DNA of 64,000 bases, taken from IMG/VR virus record IMGVR_UViG_3300044514_000040; one strand, given 5' to 3'. Shown piece by piece: positions 38,570 through 49,275 of this stretch. Within the stretch, counting starts at the first letter, position 1, and each line of letters opens with the position of its first letter. A program made the position numbers and the translations under genes. Under the pieces are notes generated by a model. That model did not search any database, was not told the origin of the DNA, and saw only the letters and a program-made list of their open reading frames with translations. The DNA is from a virus.

Positions 38570-39325
38570 ATGTTGAAAGAAGCTCTGCAATTCCTGCAAC
38601 AGACAATTCTCGAAGGATCTGCCGTCACCATCATCGACGCGCCTGGTGACCCGACAAAGAAACTCATCCGCACCAAGGGAGGCTACGAGCAGTTCGTCGT
38701 TCCACCGCCACTGCGCGACCACCACGTGGACGGCTTGGCTGACTTCCTCAGTGCCGTGAATCGCTGGGGAACGCAAGGCGTCGTGTTTCACTTCACGAAC
38801 AAATGCGTGTGCCTTCTCGACGACGGTGATCGCCGGGAGAAGGTTGTTTTCGATCTGGACCAGAGCGAGCAGTTCTCGACCATCCTTGGGCTACGGGAGC
38901 GTGATCCAATGGATCAACGCGAGTTCGTCGATCTGCTGCGCCACGATCTGAAAGGCGCCGTCGCCGACACGCTCTTGGCGAAGATCAGAAAGATCGACTT
39001 CACGACCGGCGGTTCTGCGTCCCAGGAAGTCCAGCACGGACGAGAACGAGGCACACGCGAGTTCATCGCCGAGATTGCCGGCGCGGCGGACATCCCGGAA
39101 GTCGTGGACCTGAAAGTCTCCGTCTACCGGAATCCCGGCCTGAACGACAAACACACAATCCGATGCAGTTTGGCATGCACGCTGCCACCAGCGCACGTGA
39201 CGTTTGCGCTGCGTCCGCTGCCGGATGAAGTGGACATCGCACTGGAGAACGCACAGGCGCAGCTACACACGCTCCTGGAAGACGGCGTGCCGGAAGGCGT
39301 CGGAGTTTTCCACGGGACGCCGTAA
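38570..39325 (+). CDS. Conserved hypothetical phage protein
   Basis: AAGGAG RBS, 251 aa. Confidence 0.75.
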   Translation: MLKEALQFLQQTILEGSAVTIIDAPGDPTKKLIRTKGGYEQFVVPPPLRDHHVDGLADFLSAVNRWGTQGVVFHFTNKCVCLLDDGDRREKVVFDLDQSEQFSTILGLRERDPMDQREFVDLLRHDLKGAVADTLLAKIRKIDFTTGGSASQEVQHGRERGTREFIAEIAGAADIPEVVDLKVSVYRNPGLNDKHTIRCSLACTLPPAHVTFALRPLPDEVDIALENAQAQLHTLLEDGVPEGVGVFHGTP

Positions 39326-39829
39326 TGAACCTGGTGTTTCTTTGACATTGACGGCGTTTTGAACGGCCACGACTTCGATGAAGGTGCGCAGTCAACTCGC
39401 ATCCAGTACCGTTGCGTAAAGCACCTGAATCGGATCATCGCTGCGACTGATTGCAAGTTCGTCCTGTCGTCCGCGTGGAGATACATGCTCCTGAAAACCA
39501 GCCGTCACAGACCCGCGATGACAGTTATTGGCTTCGAGTACCTGATGCGCACGCACGGGACTTGCGGTTTTCGTTTGTTGGGAACAACCGGGAGCGACGA
39601 AGACTTCGGGTGGAACGTTCGACTGAACCAAGGCGTCCGAGGCAAACAGATTCGTGCATGGCTCAAAGAACACGCTAAGCGTCACGGCGTCGAAAGGTAC
39701 GTCGCCATCGATGATGACGACCTTGGTATTACTCGCGCCGGCATCCCGCTAGTTCAGACACATGCGAAATGGGGCCTGGGTGAACGAACATCGCGGGAAG
39801 CAATCCGACTTCTCAACGGCACGAAATGA
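39325..39829 (+). pseudogene. HAD-domain protein (Swiss Army Knife RNA-repair type) with a 1-nt frameshift near codon 6
   Basis: MNLVF then, in another frame, DIDGVLN; LSSAWR; YVAIDDD. Confidence 0.7.
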
Positions 39830-40311
39830 AACAGGTCAGCACCAACCGCCGTCGCCTGATCGACGCCTGCCGTGACGAACGGCAGGCGTTCTGCGAACAG
39901 TTTCCGACCTGCATGGTCCCCGGCTGCACAATCGCGACAAACGACATACACGAAGTTGCGAGGGGGGCGCACCGTGAAGGGGGCTACGAAAGCCGCTGCA
40001 CGTGGCTTGCGCTATGCCGCTTTCCGCACCACGAAGAGTTCGACGATTACGCGAAGTGGCCACTGGCGCGTCAGTACGCTCTCAAGGCGCTGGTTGATCC
40101 GGAGTATTACTGCCGTGTCACGCTGAACCGTATTCGCGGACGCGCGGATGACGCGATCTCTTTTGATGAAGTCGCGAAGTACTTTCGCGAGTTTCCGGTT
40201 GTTCGTGGCGCGGCGCCTGGAATCGGCGGCAATTTTGAGCGTGTGTCGTGTGGTATTCTTCCGACCTGGATTGACGGGGCATTGGAGATAGTTCAGTGGC
40301 CGATGAAATGA
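39826..40311 (+). CDS. HNH-like protein
   Basis: CMVPGC, DIHEV, LALCR.PHH. Confidence 0.55.
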   Translation: MKQVSTNRRRLIDACRDERQAFCEQFPTCMVPGCTIATNDIHEVARGAHREGGYESRCTWLALCRFPHHEEFDDYAKWPLARQYALKALVDPEYYCRVTLNRIRGRADDAISFDEVAKYFREFPVVRGAAPGIGGNFERVSCGILPTWIDGALEIVQWPMK

Positions 40312-40854
40312 CCGATGAATCCCAAACCGAAAAGCTATTCCGACTGAGAGCGATGGTAGCGCCCGGTCAGCAAACGTGGGACTTGAATTACCACGACCGT
40401 CGCGCCATCGAATTCGCGATGTCCGGCTTTCCCAATCCTCGTATCGTGGAGGCGCTGGAAGCCGTGCTGCTGTTCTATCATGCTGGCGAGTGGACCAGCG
40501 ATTTGCGGTTGCGATGGCACAACCTCACTGCCGGCGCGGATTGCACGACGAAAGGGTTGTGCGACTTCATCCGCAAACGCCTTGCTGAACCGTACGCGGA
40601 TTACGTCGAATCGGCGGTCACTCGCTTTGTATGTCCGCAACGAAGAGATGACGAATGAACTACTTGGAGCTAAAAGACAAGCTGACGCACAGGCTTTCGG
40701 AGCTTGACGCGGACATCGGCAAGCGAGAGTCGGAAATCGCGCCGCTGCAAGACGAGCGCGGCAAGGTAAAACGGCTACTTGCCGCGCTCGATCCACCGAA
40801 GCAAGAGAAAGCTACTACGCAGCCGCCTTTGTCAGGCAATAAATCGAAAGGCAA

Positions 40855-41574
40855 GTGGTGAGTACCATTTCTCACGAACCGCATAACTGGGACGACGTTC
40901 ACGCCTGTACGTGCGATGCTTGCATCGTGCTAAGTGCGATACACCAGCGATGCGTAGAGTCTGGCGAACCACTGTTCGTGATTGATTGCAGGATGTGGGA
41001 CAGTGGCTTTGTCGTGGCCAACGTGGCACAACTATTCTTAACAATCGCCGCGGAAGCTGCGGACTTCACAAGCGTCAACAGAGCGGCAGAGTACGTCCTT
41101 CGGCGACAACAGCACTGTGACGCCTTTGTGAGTTCGTACCCGGTGAAGCCGAAAGGCAAGGCCGATTATGCTTGGACAGTCGAAGAAATGAGCGACACGA
41201 TCACCATCGAACTCCCGCTTCCACCCAAGGAACTACATCCCAACTGGAAGCCGATCAGCCGTGGCGGCGCAATGCAAAAAGCGCGCAAAGTGAAGCGGTA
41301 TCGTGGCGAGTGCGCCTTGCTCGCATGTTTGGCTGTGACGCAAGCGACTAAGCGTGGCGCGGTTTTCCCGTGGCACAAGGCAACGATCCAAGCCACGTTC
41401 CGGATTCCTCGCAAACGCGATGACGATGGCCTGAATGGGTGGCTCAAAAACGCCCGCGATGCGCTCCAGGGTTCGGTTGTCGTCAACGACTCGGCGTTTA
41501 CAATGCTGCCGCCGATTCAAGTCACGGCCAAGACGAATCAAGGTGTTAGGCTGGAAATCAGGAGAATCGCTTGA
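40855..41574 (+). CDS. RusA-like Holliday junction resolvase (domain from about 41189)
   Basis: IELPLPPKELHPN...RDDDG...K..RDAL....NDS. Confidence 0.7.
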   Translation: MVSTISHEPHNWDDVHACTCDACIVLSAIHQRCVESGEPLFVIDCRMWDSGFVVANVAQLFLTIAAEAADFTSVNRAAEYVLRRQQHCDAFVSSYPVKPKGKADYAWTVEEMSDTITIELPLPPKELHPNWKPISRGGAMQKARKVKRYRGECALLACLAVTQATKRGAVFPWHKATIQATFRIPRKRDDDGLNGWLKNARDALQGSVVVNDSAFTMLPPIQVTAKTNQGVRLEIRRIA

Positions 41575-41808
41575 CCAACACTCCAGAACAGGCCATCGGC
41601 GACTTGGCTATTGCGCTAGGCATGTGGTGGGCAAGTGGATGCGTACGCCAAGTCCAGTTCGAGTGCTTCTGCGAATCTGTCGCGGTTCTCGCCAAGACGT
41701 CAGGCGTACCTCGTGAAGTCGCGCGACTGCCGTTTACGATTCAGATTGGTGGCGTGCCGAGATTCGTTGTCGAATGGGGCGCCAATGGCTTCGATCGAGG
41801 ATGGCCAG

Positions 41809-43048
41809 GTAAGCAACCCCACGGCTAAAGCCGGGGGCTTTGCAACTTAACTCGCCACGGCTAAGGCCCGCGGGTCAACGTTAGTCACGATGGGCACGCT
41901 TACGTAGCCCAGAGATCGGATGTTTTTCGCAGCATTGAGATCGGCATTTGCACGATGTCCACACGACTGACACGCGAACTCGGACTGGCTGCGACGATTG
42001 GCCTTCTCACAATGTCCGCACTCGTTGCAAGTGCGGGACGTGTTGCGTGGATCGACGTAGATTATCGACACGCCGATCAACTCTGCCTTGTAGGCCAGGA
42101 AGGATCGGAGTTGGTGAAAGGACCAGCCGGTCATGCGTGCTCGTTGCCGCTTTCTAAAACGTATCCGCTCGCGTATCCCTTTGAGGTTTTACAAAGCGAT
42201 AGCCGAGCTTCGTTCCTTGGCCAAGTCAACAATGCAACGTGCGATTTGATGGTTCTTCGTCCGGCGGTAGTTGGATTCCTTTCTGGCAATGCGTTTGAGA
42301 TGTCGCTTGGCGGAACGTGTCCCGCAGGTTTGCAGCTCGTCTCGCATCCGCTGCGTTTTGACACGATATCGTTCCACGTCCTCGCCGGTGTAGGCGTTGC
42401 CTTCCGAATCGACGGCGATTCGTGCAACACCCAGGTCCACGCCGATTACGTCCGCCGCTTGCCTTGCCGGCTGCGATTCCAGTTCGATCGAGACCAGCAG
42501 ATAGAACGTGCCTTGGATGTACACCAAGTCCGCTTGTCCCATCTTGATCGCGGCTTGCAATCGCTCCTGTTGGTAGCCGGCAATCACCATCGGGATCACA
42601 AGCCGGCCGTCAAGGCTTGCGAGGCTCACGTGCGTCAGTCCTTTGAACCGCATAATCCGCTCATCGTAGACCACCGCCGAACGTGGCTTGAAGACAGGGC
42701 AGACCGATTTGTCCCGCTTGAAGCATTCGACGGCCTTCCCAATTGCCCGGACGGCAAGTTGGGCCGTCAGGCCGTAGACTTCGCGGATTTGATAGTAGGT
42801 GAAGCGGTGGATGCTGGGCTGGGAAAAGACCCGGTTGTCGAAACCGGCTTTGGCCGCGACATTGGCGGCAGCATTAAAGGCCGCCATCGTGGCCAGTAGC
42901 GATTGCTTTTGATCTGTCGTGGGAAGCAGCTTGATCTTGACGGTCAGTTGCATAACCGGATTGTAGACGCTATACTTCATAAGTCAATACAGAAAGGAGC
43001 GGCTATCCCTCCCCACGGCTGAAGCCGGGGGTATCCCGCCGAAAACTG
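41809..43048 (-). mobile_element. IS200/IS605-family element carrying tnpB only
   Basis: Matching end hairpins CCCCACGGCT(A/G)AAGCCGGGGG at both ends. Confidence 0.9.
41847..42953 (-). pseudogene. tnpB: TnpB with an in-frame nonsense codon at the RuvC-II Glu
   Basis: IGVDLG; IAL*NLKG (GAA>TAA at 42189-91); NTSRTC..C, C..C, ADLNAA; both ORF pieces are in the same frame. Confidence 0.9.
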
Positions 43049-43567
43049 ATGACACAACATTCACCAGAACCGTGGCGGCTCACTGACCCCGGCGGCATTT
43101 CTGACGCCAACGGAATGTTCGTTGCAGACTGGCGCAACTCCGATTTGCGGCAAGCAGATTTAGCTCGCATCGTGGCGTGCGTCAACGCCTGCCGCGGCAT
43201 TCCAAACGATCTCCTGGAAATGCCTGGCGGTTTTCAGCAGATGATGCAGGCTTTGCTTGCTGCATGCAGGAGCGCCGACATCGAGTGCACCTGCATAGGC
43301 TACATCGTGCTCGATTACAGCACGTTCCACGACGACAATAAGGCGGTGTGCTGTGAATGCGGCTGGCAGGGACACGTGCATGATCTTGCGCCGACAATGC
43401 CGCCACTTGAGCAGCTATCGGACGCTGAACTAGCGGCGGTGCATGCCAAAGGCGAGCAGATGGTCCGCAGCATGGAAGAAAAATGGGCCAAAGGCTACTT
43501 CTCGGACGATCCGCCTGATATCCTCGGCGCGGCAATGGAACGGGCTACTTCGCAGAGGCTGCCTTGA
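43049..43567 (+). CDS. Hypothetical phage protein
   Basis: HSPEPW...ARIVACVNAC motif. Confidence 0.75.
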   Translation: MTQHSPEPWRLTDPGGISDANGMFVADWRNSDLRQADLARIVACVNACRGIPNDLLEMPGGFQQMMQALLAACRSADIECTCIGYIVLDYSTFHDDNKAVCCECGWQGHVHDLAPTMPPLEQLSDAELAAVHAKGEQMVRSMEEKWAKGYFSDDPPDILGAAMERATSQRLP

Positions 43568-46500
43568 CTGCCTGCTGCACCTCTTCGCCTTTCTTTTTGT
43601 AAAGTTGGAATAGAAGGCGATTTTGTGGCGACAGCAACTCCTCTTCGCCCTTCCTGACGAACAAACGTGGCTTTAATCGCCGGATGCCTGTCGTGCCGCG
43701 CAGTAAATCCTCCAGAGATTCGCGGATGGCGATGTTCTCGGATTTCTCGGAGTCCACGTCCTGAATGCGCACGCCGGTAAGCAGATTCACGCCTTTGGAG
43801 ATAGCGTCTTTGCGCGGATCGGAGATCGTCCTCGCGGTAGACATTAAGCGCGCTAATGGAGAGTTGGCCAGTGCCTGCTCAAGCAAGATCGGCACGTCAG
43901 GCGGCTGTTCGTAGAGGCCGACGTTCGACAACGTGCGAGACAGGCTGCCTTCCAAGTCTTGCATCTCGCGGCCGGTAAATAGCTGGCGGTTTGTTGCCAG
44001 CTCGATTGGTGCCTTCGCCAATGGATTTAAGCGGCCGCCAAGTTCGGACAACGTGCCGGTGACGCTTTTGTAAATATTTTGTCCGGGTCGTAACAGGCTG
44101 ATCGGATCTTCGTGCATCAACCCGAATCCGGTCAAATATCTCTGCACACCCTCTGGCACGTTTCCGATAAGTGGCAGTCCCTTTGGAATCGGCACCGACA
44201 AGGTTTGCCGAATGTGTTCCGGCACAAACTGATCATCACTGCCGCTAGACAACTTGGCCTGACCGCGTACGACTTGTCCAAGCGGACCTGCCGGACGGTC
44301 GATGAGTTCCCGAATGACGAACGGGAGCTGCGATTTTGTGAATTTGTAAAATGGTACAAGCCGCGTCATTACCTCTCGTTCAAATGGCGCAAACGCTCGA
44401 TTGGAATAATCGACTTGCGCAGCGAACACTCTGGCCCGTGCCTCCGCCGGGTTGGTGCCACGCTTGAGCATGTTCAAATACGGCGCGATACGTCCCAGCG
44501 AATCGGTGTACGTTCCGAGAACCTCGCCTGCCGCGGCAATCGGCTGCGTTGTTTCTTCGCGGCCAAACACGCCGCGAATATTGAGCGGATTCCAGCCTTT
44601 TGTAGTCAGCAGTTTTCTGCCGGCAGCTTTCAGCGTCACTGGCGTAGCACCAGGCACACGCTGAGTCATGGCCTCCAAGCCGCTGGGTGCTGCCATCGGA
44701 CCAACTTGGCTTTCGGCCGCCACTCGTGGCCCTGAAATTTCTGCCGCTGCCAAATGGGCTTGCAGCGCTCGCCTCGCATTCTCAGGCGTGTGCGGCAGCT
44801 TGGATTTGTCGAGTAGTTCCTTAACGAGCGGAAATTTTAGCGCGTCAACGTCCTGCCACCTGCCGTTGACGATCGACTTGGCGTCTGACACCGACCACTT
44901 CGACCATTCGCCCATCAGCTTGTTTTGCACTTGGCTGGACATCAAGTCGCGAACGTAGCGTGCCGGCCACGTCAAAACGCCCGCCTTGAAGAGACTGAGC
45001 ACGCTGTCCAAGCCTTTAACCAATTCGCTGACTTCAGCCGGCGACTTAAAGAATTCCTTGAATCGCCCTACGTCATCGCCGACGTTCTTGGGGATCGGCA
45101 TGTCGGTGATTTGACGCTCGAATTTCGACCACTCATCATTGGCGAGCTTTTTGGCTTGTCCTGAGTACTTGGCGAACTCCGATTTCGTGATTTGACCGCT
45201 CGACAGATACGTGTTCAGCGCGTCAAGTTGCCGCTTCAAATCCGCCTGAATTTTCGAGCCAGGGTTGGCGACTCCAAGCTGGCGAGCAAGATACTGCACT
45301 GCACCAGAATCCCAATCGCCGCGGTCGAGTCCGGCGGCGTCAATCACCTTTCCGAAATCCGTCACCGCACCCTTGTAGCCTTTGAGCAAATTTGGATTTG
45401 TCGCGTAATCAGTCAGCACGCCGTGCACGGTGTCCGCAATAGCTTCGTGGTCGTATTGATTGACCAAGTATCCGCGGCCGGCTTCATAGGGGTGCTTCCA
45501 CAAGCCTGTCGTGTGCGACTCGTCTGGCAAGCCGGAGATTTTACCGGCAAGTTCACGAACATCTTCCGGCGCATGGTGAGGCAGTCGCGGTTGCCACTGA
45601 CCCAGCAGCAGGTTCTCGATGGCATCCACTCGCGCGACGCCATGCGGCATCCCTTTTTTGATAGCGATGATCTGCGGATCGCGAAGGATCTCATCAAGTC
45701 CTTGAGTTGCACCGACGATGTTTTTGTAAGGTGGCGCGCGGCCTTGACGCGACCCACCAGCCGTCGAAAACAGTCGCTGTGACCGACTGTCAGCCAACTC
45801 GTCCCAACCAGGGCCTTCAAGTTTCGCTTTGCGAGGAAAGAACCGCTTCGCTTCCAAGTCTTTCAGGTCTGGGCTAGCTGCGCCCTTGTCCTGATTGCGT
45901 TTCCACACGTCGTCAATCGCGCCGTGCATACGATCCAAAAACGGCTGATTCGCCGGATCGACCGGATCAATACCTTCCGCTTGTCGATAAAGTTGCATGG
46001 CATCGTCATACGTGTGCGGACCTCGCTCAGACAAGTCGATGGCCGCCTCAAATGCCGGCTGTGCCTGCAACGGAGACTCTCGCATCCGGCGCGTTGCCTC
46101 TTGGCCGGCTTCTTGCCCAACGGTGGTTGTTGCACGCATGGATGGCGCGCTGAATAATCTCGCTGCCTGTCTGATCGGCGGGCTGTATCGCACGGCACGT
46201 CCGGCAATGTCCATGCCCCTCGCCACCTTCTCGCCGAGTCCGCCAGCTTTTCCGATCACGCCCATCGGCTCCATGAACGGCACGCCGTAAGACAGGTTCC
46301 CGCCAAGCGGAGATTTGAGAAGCTCCGGCGTCAGTTTGGACGCGCCGCCGGCAGCGCTTTCCAACGCACGACGAGCCGCAAGATTTCCGCCTGGCAACAG
46401 CGGGTTGTCCAGCGCGCCTTGAAGCGTCGAGACCATCTTCGCTTGCCGTGGTCCAAGAGCACGGCCAGCCTTCACGGTGCCTTTGACGATGTCGTCTAAG

Positions 46501-46989
46501 ACGCCTGCCTTGCTGGCTAGTTTACCGGCAGCGCTGATGCCGCCCTTGAGAAAGCCAGTGAACGGCAGCGTCGGATCGAGCACCACGCCAACGCCGAAGT
46601 TGGCGATGTCGTCCAAGTACGAAGTCGGATCGTCCCAGCCGGTGATGTGCTTCGGCTCAACGATGTCCGCCGGGTTAGTGATGCCCAGCACGTCAGAGCC
46701 TGGAATGACGCTGAGAAGCTCGCGTGGTTTGCCTCCGATCGCGCCTCGCAATGCCCGACTGCCTGTGAACTTGTCGAGCAGTCCGCCGACGTAGCCGATG
46801 CCGGAGAGTGTGCCGCGACCAAGCGTCCGTAGCAGTCCCTGCTCTTGTTCGTCCGTCAGTTCCGTGGAATCAGGTTCGTCGGCTGAACCGAATCCGCGTG
46901 GCATCGCACGGCGCAAGGCCCAAGCTGTTGGGTCACGCATGAGAAGGCCGAGACTTGTACGGGAGCCAAATGGGTCGGTGAGAGGCATG
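43545..46989 (-). CDS. Large virion-associated / ejection-like protein (about 1150 aa)
   Basis: Long Gly/Ala-rich ORF; DY......ER......PFYKF motif typical of large internal virion proteins (inference). Confidence 0.6.
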
Positions 46990-46990
46990 A

Positions 46991-48667
46991 TTAGTACATC
47001 GCCCCGGTGAACTCGCCAGGCCGCCACGGCTTATTGACTTCCTGTCGGTACTTGGCAATTGCATCGCGCACAGCTTTCAAGCGATTTCCAGGCGCAGCGC
47101 GCTGCAATGCACGCAAGGCAGACGGACCTATTCCGGCGGCTGTCGGCGGCGCAAACCGCCTTGGATCAAGTGATCGACCAGCGGCCATCACGCCGGCGAG
47201 CGTTCCAAGTTCCGCCTCTGTCAATCCTGTCGCATTCCTGTCGGTTGGATCGAATCGCGAGCCAAGAATGCCACTTACATCGTTCGGACTAAAGGTTGGC
47301 TGTAGTCCCAGTCCGGTAATCGTTGGTGAGCCAGTTAACCTGGTAAATTCTTCCTGGGCGGTTGCGATGTCCGGTTGGTTTTGGCCGGCGCCTGGGATAG
47401 TCGCCTGATCTAATGGATCAAATGACGGAAGCTGCCCGCCCTGCCTAGCGTTGAGAGCCGAAATGACACGAATGAACTCTTCCTGTTTTTGTTTTGGATT
47501 CAAGTCAGTTCGTGCATTGATCGCCTGCATAACGCCAGCAATGGCGACCTCCGATACCTGCCTATTTCCAGCACCGATTTCGGCGATTTCCTTCTTGTTA
47601 GTCCGGTCAAGTCCTGCCTGATTGGCATCCCACGCCATCTTCTGGCCAAGTTGCTGACCTTTCATGCGTTCGCCGACAATCTCTTGCGCGCCTGGAATGC
47701 CAGACATCGCGGCACCCATCAGCCATTGGTCTTGTCTCGCCTGTTCCGTCGCGGCTTTTTGCTGTGCCCGTGCAGCAACCCACGGTGCTGGCGTACCTTG
47801 GCCTGGACGAGACATGCCGCTGGCGGCAATATTCTCCGGCGTGAGAGCGACATCCGTTGCCGGGTTGGTGCCAGGCAATGGCACTTTGCCAAGCCTCGCT
47901 TGGCGACGTGCTTCCATCATGGCCGTTGCATCGTTAGTGAGCGGCGTTGTCGCACTGGGTGAGCCAATAAACTGGCCGAGTTCACCAGTGTCGCGGAACG
48001 CTGGCGGCGCGTATTCACCTGGATAGCCAGTCGTTTGCGGCATCACGAGTTCCTGTCCGCGGTCGTAACTTGCGCCGACTGTCGGCGCAAGACGGGTGAG
48101 AATATCGCGTGCTCTTGGAAGATCGAATGGCTTCGGTCGTGCTTGTTCTGCTTCGGCACGAAGCGCGTCAAGCGAGCCTGGGATGTGCGTCGGCACCATC
48201 GGATGCACTACGACTCCGCCAGTTGACGGGTCGCGCACAAAATGACGATCCTGTGCCAAGTCTCCGGGTCCGCGCTGACCGTAAATGTTTCCGCCAAGCT
48301 GATTACTGCCAACTGCGCCGGGATTGAGTCGCATTTGCGCATCATGCCGAATGGCACCGGAGTTGTCGGCTCGAAATCTGTCGCCGAGTGCCGCCGCGTG
48401 TTGCATCTCAGTTCCGACAGGCGCGCGTCCAGCACCCGGCAATGAAGCCATGAACGCATCGGACTCCGGCGTCGCTTGGTTCGGGTTGGCAGCCGCCATG
48501 CGATCAAGAGTCGGCGTCAACGAGCCACCCGGAACGCGCGGTCGAAATTGCTGTACTGGCTGGCCGCCTCTTGCAGCGCCAAGCCATTCTTGCTGAGCGT
48601 ATTGTGCGCCGGGAATCGAGAGAGTCGTGCGACGGCGTTTTGCGGCTGGCAGGATGGGCTGAGCCAT
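46991..48667 (-). CDS. Hypothetical virion-associated protein (558 aa)
   Basis: Long ORF co-oriented with the previous gene; AAGGGG RBS. Confidence 0.7.
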   Translation of the reverse strand: MAQPILPAAKRRRTTLSIPGAQYAQQEWLGAARGGQPVQQFRPRVPGGSLTPTLDRMAAANPNQATPESDAFMASLPGAGRAPVGTEMQHAAALGDRFRADNSGAIRHDAQMRLNPGAVGSNQLGGNIYGQRGPGDLAQDRHFVRDPSTGGVVVHPMVPTHIPGSLDALRAEAEQARPKPFDLPRARDILTRLAPTVGASYDRGQELVMPQTTGYPGEYAPPAFRDTGELGQFIGSPSATTPLTNDATAMMEARRQARLGKVPLPGTNPATDVALTPENIAASGMSRPGQGTPAPWVAARAQQKAATEQARQDQWLMGAAMSGIPGAQEIVGERMKGQQLGQKMAWDANQAGLDRTNKKEIAEIGAGNRQVSEVAIAGVMQAINARTDLNPKQKQEEFIRVISALNARQGGQLPSFDPLDQATIPGAGQNQPDIATAQEEFTRLTGSPTITGLGLQPTFSPNDVSGILGSRFDPTDRNATGLTEAELGTLAGVMAAGRSLDPRRFAPPTAAGIGPSALRALQRAAPGNRLKAVRDAIAKYRQEVNKPWRPGEFTGAMY

Positions 48668-49180
48668 AAGTAAAGCCCCTTTCTACCGCCAAGTTTGGTC
48701 TATATTTGCCGCGATTGCAATTCCACTTACGACCACTTAAACTGCCTTGCTGGGGCCTGGAGCGTGTACGCCGTGCTTCACTGGAAGATCACCACCGCTT
48801 CGACTTGCTTCGGCGTGGCGACGATCAACGGCTACTGCCGAGCCTTCCACCCGCTAACCGGCTTCAATCCGCCACGCGACGCGGCAGCGTTCATCAACCG
48901 GCCGCTTGATGACCTGCTGGGCTACTGCCACGTAACGTTCGGTGACGTGTCAATTACGCCTGTCGATCACCTGACGGAAAGGATTTGACTGTGACCAACC
49001 GAAATCGAAGCTGCACTGTCCCGACGGAGGTGATAGCCGTTGACGGGGATGCTCACGATCGTTAACATTCCTTCATGTTTGTTCCAGCGGTAGCATCCAC
49101 CAGATCGGTTCGCGCGCCTTGATGAAATGTTGTGCCGTCGTGTGTCGCGACGGCAACGGTGCCCGCGGCTACTATCTTAA

Positions 49181-49265
49181 GATGGTCGCCAACGGCTTTG
49201 TGGGTTCCCACCTGGCGGTCAATCCGCCTGCATTTGTTAGCGATAGTTAACAAAAATGGAACAGT
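49181..49265. repeat. 85-bp segment inverted relative to 4884-4968
   Basis: Exact reverse complement. Confidence 0.95.
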
Positions 49266-49275
49266 TGAGTGTAAC

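Noticed and set aside
41955..42899. 314-aa plus-strand ORF
   Set aside because: Antisense shadow of tnpB.
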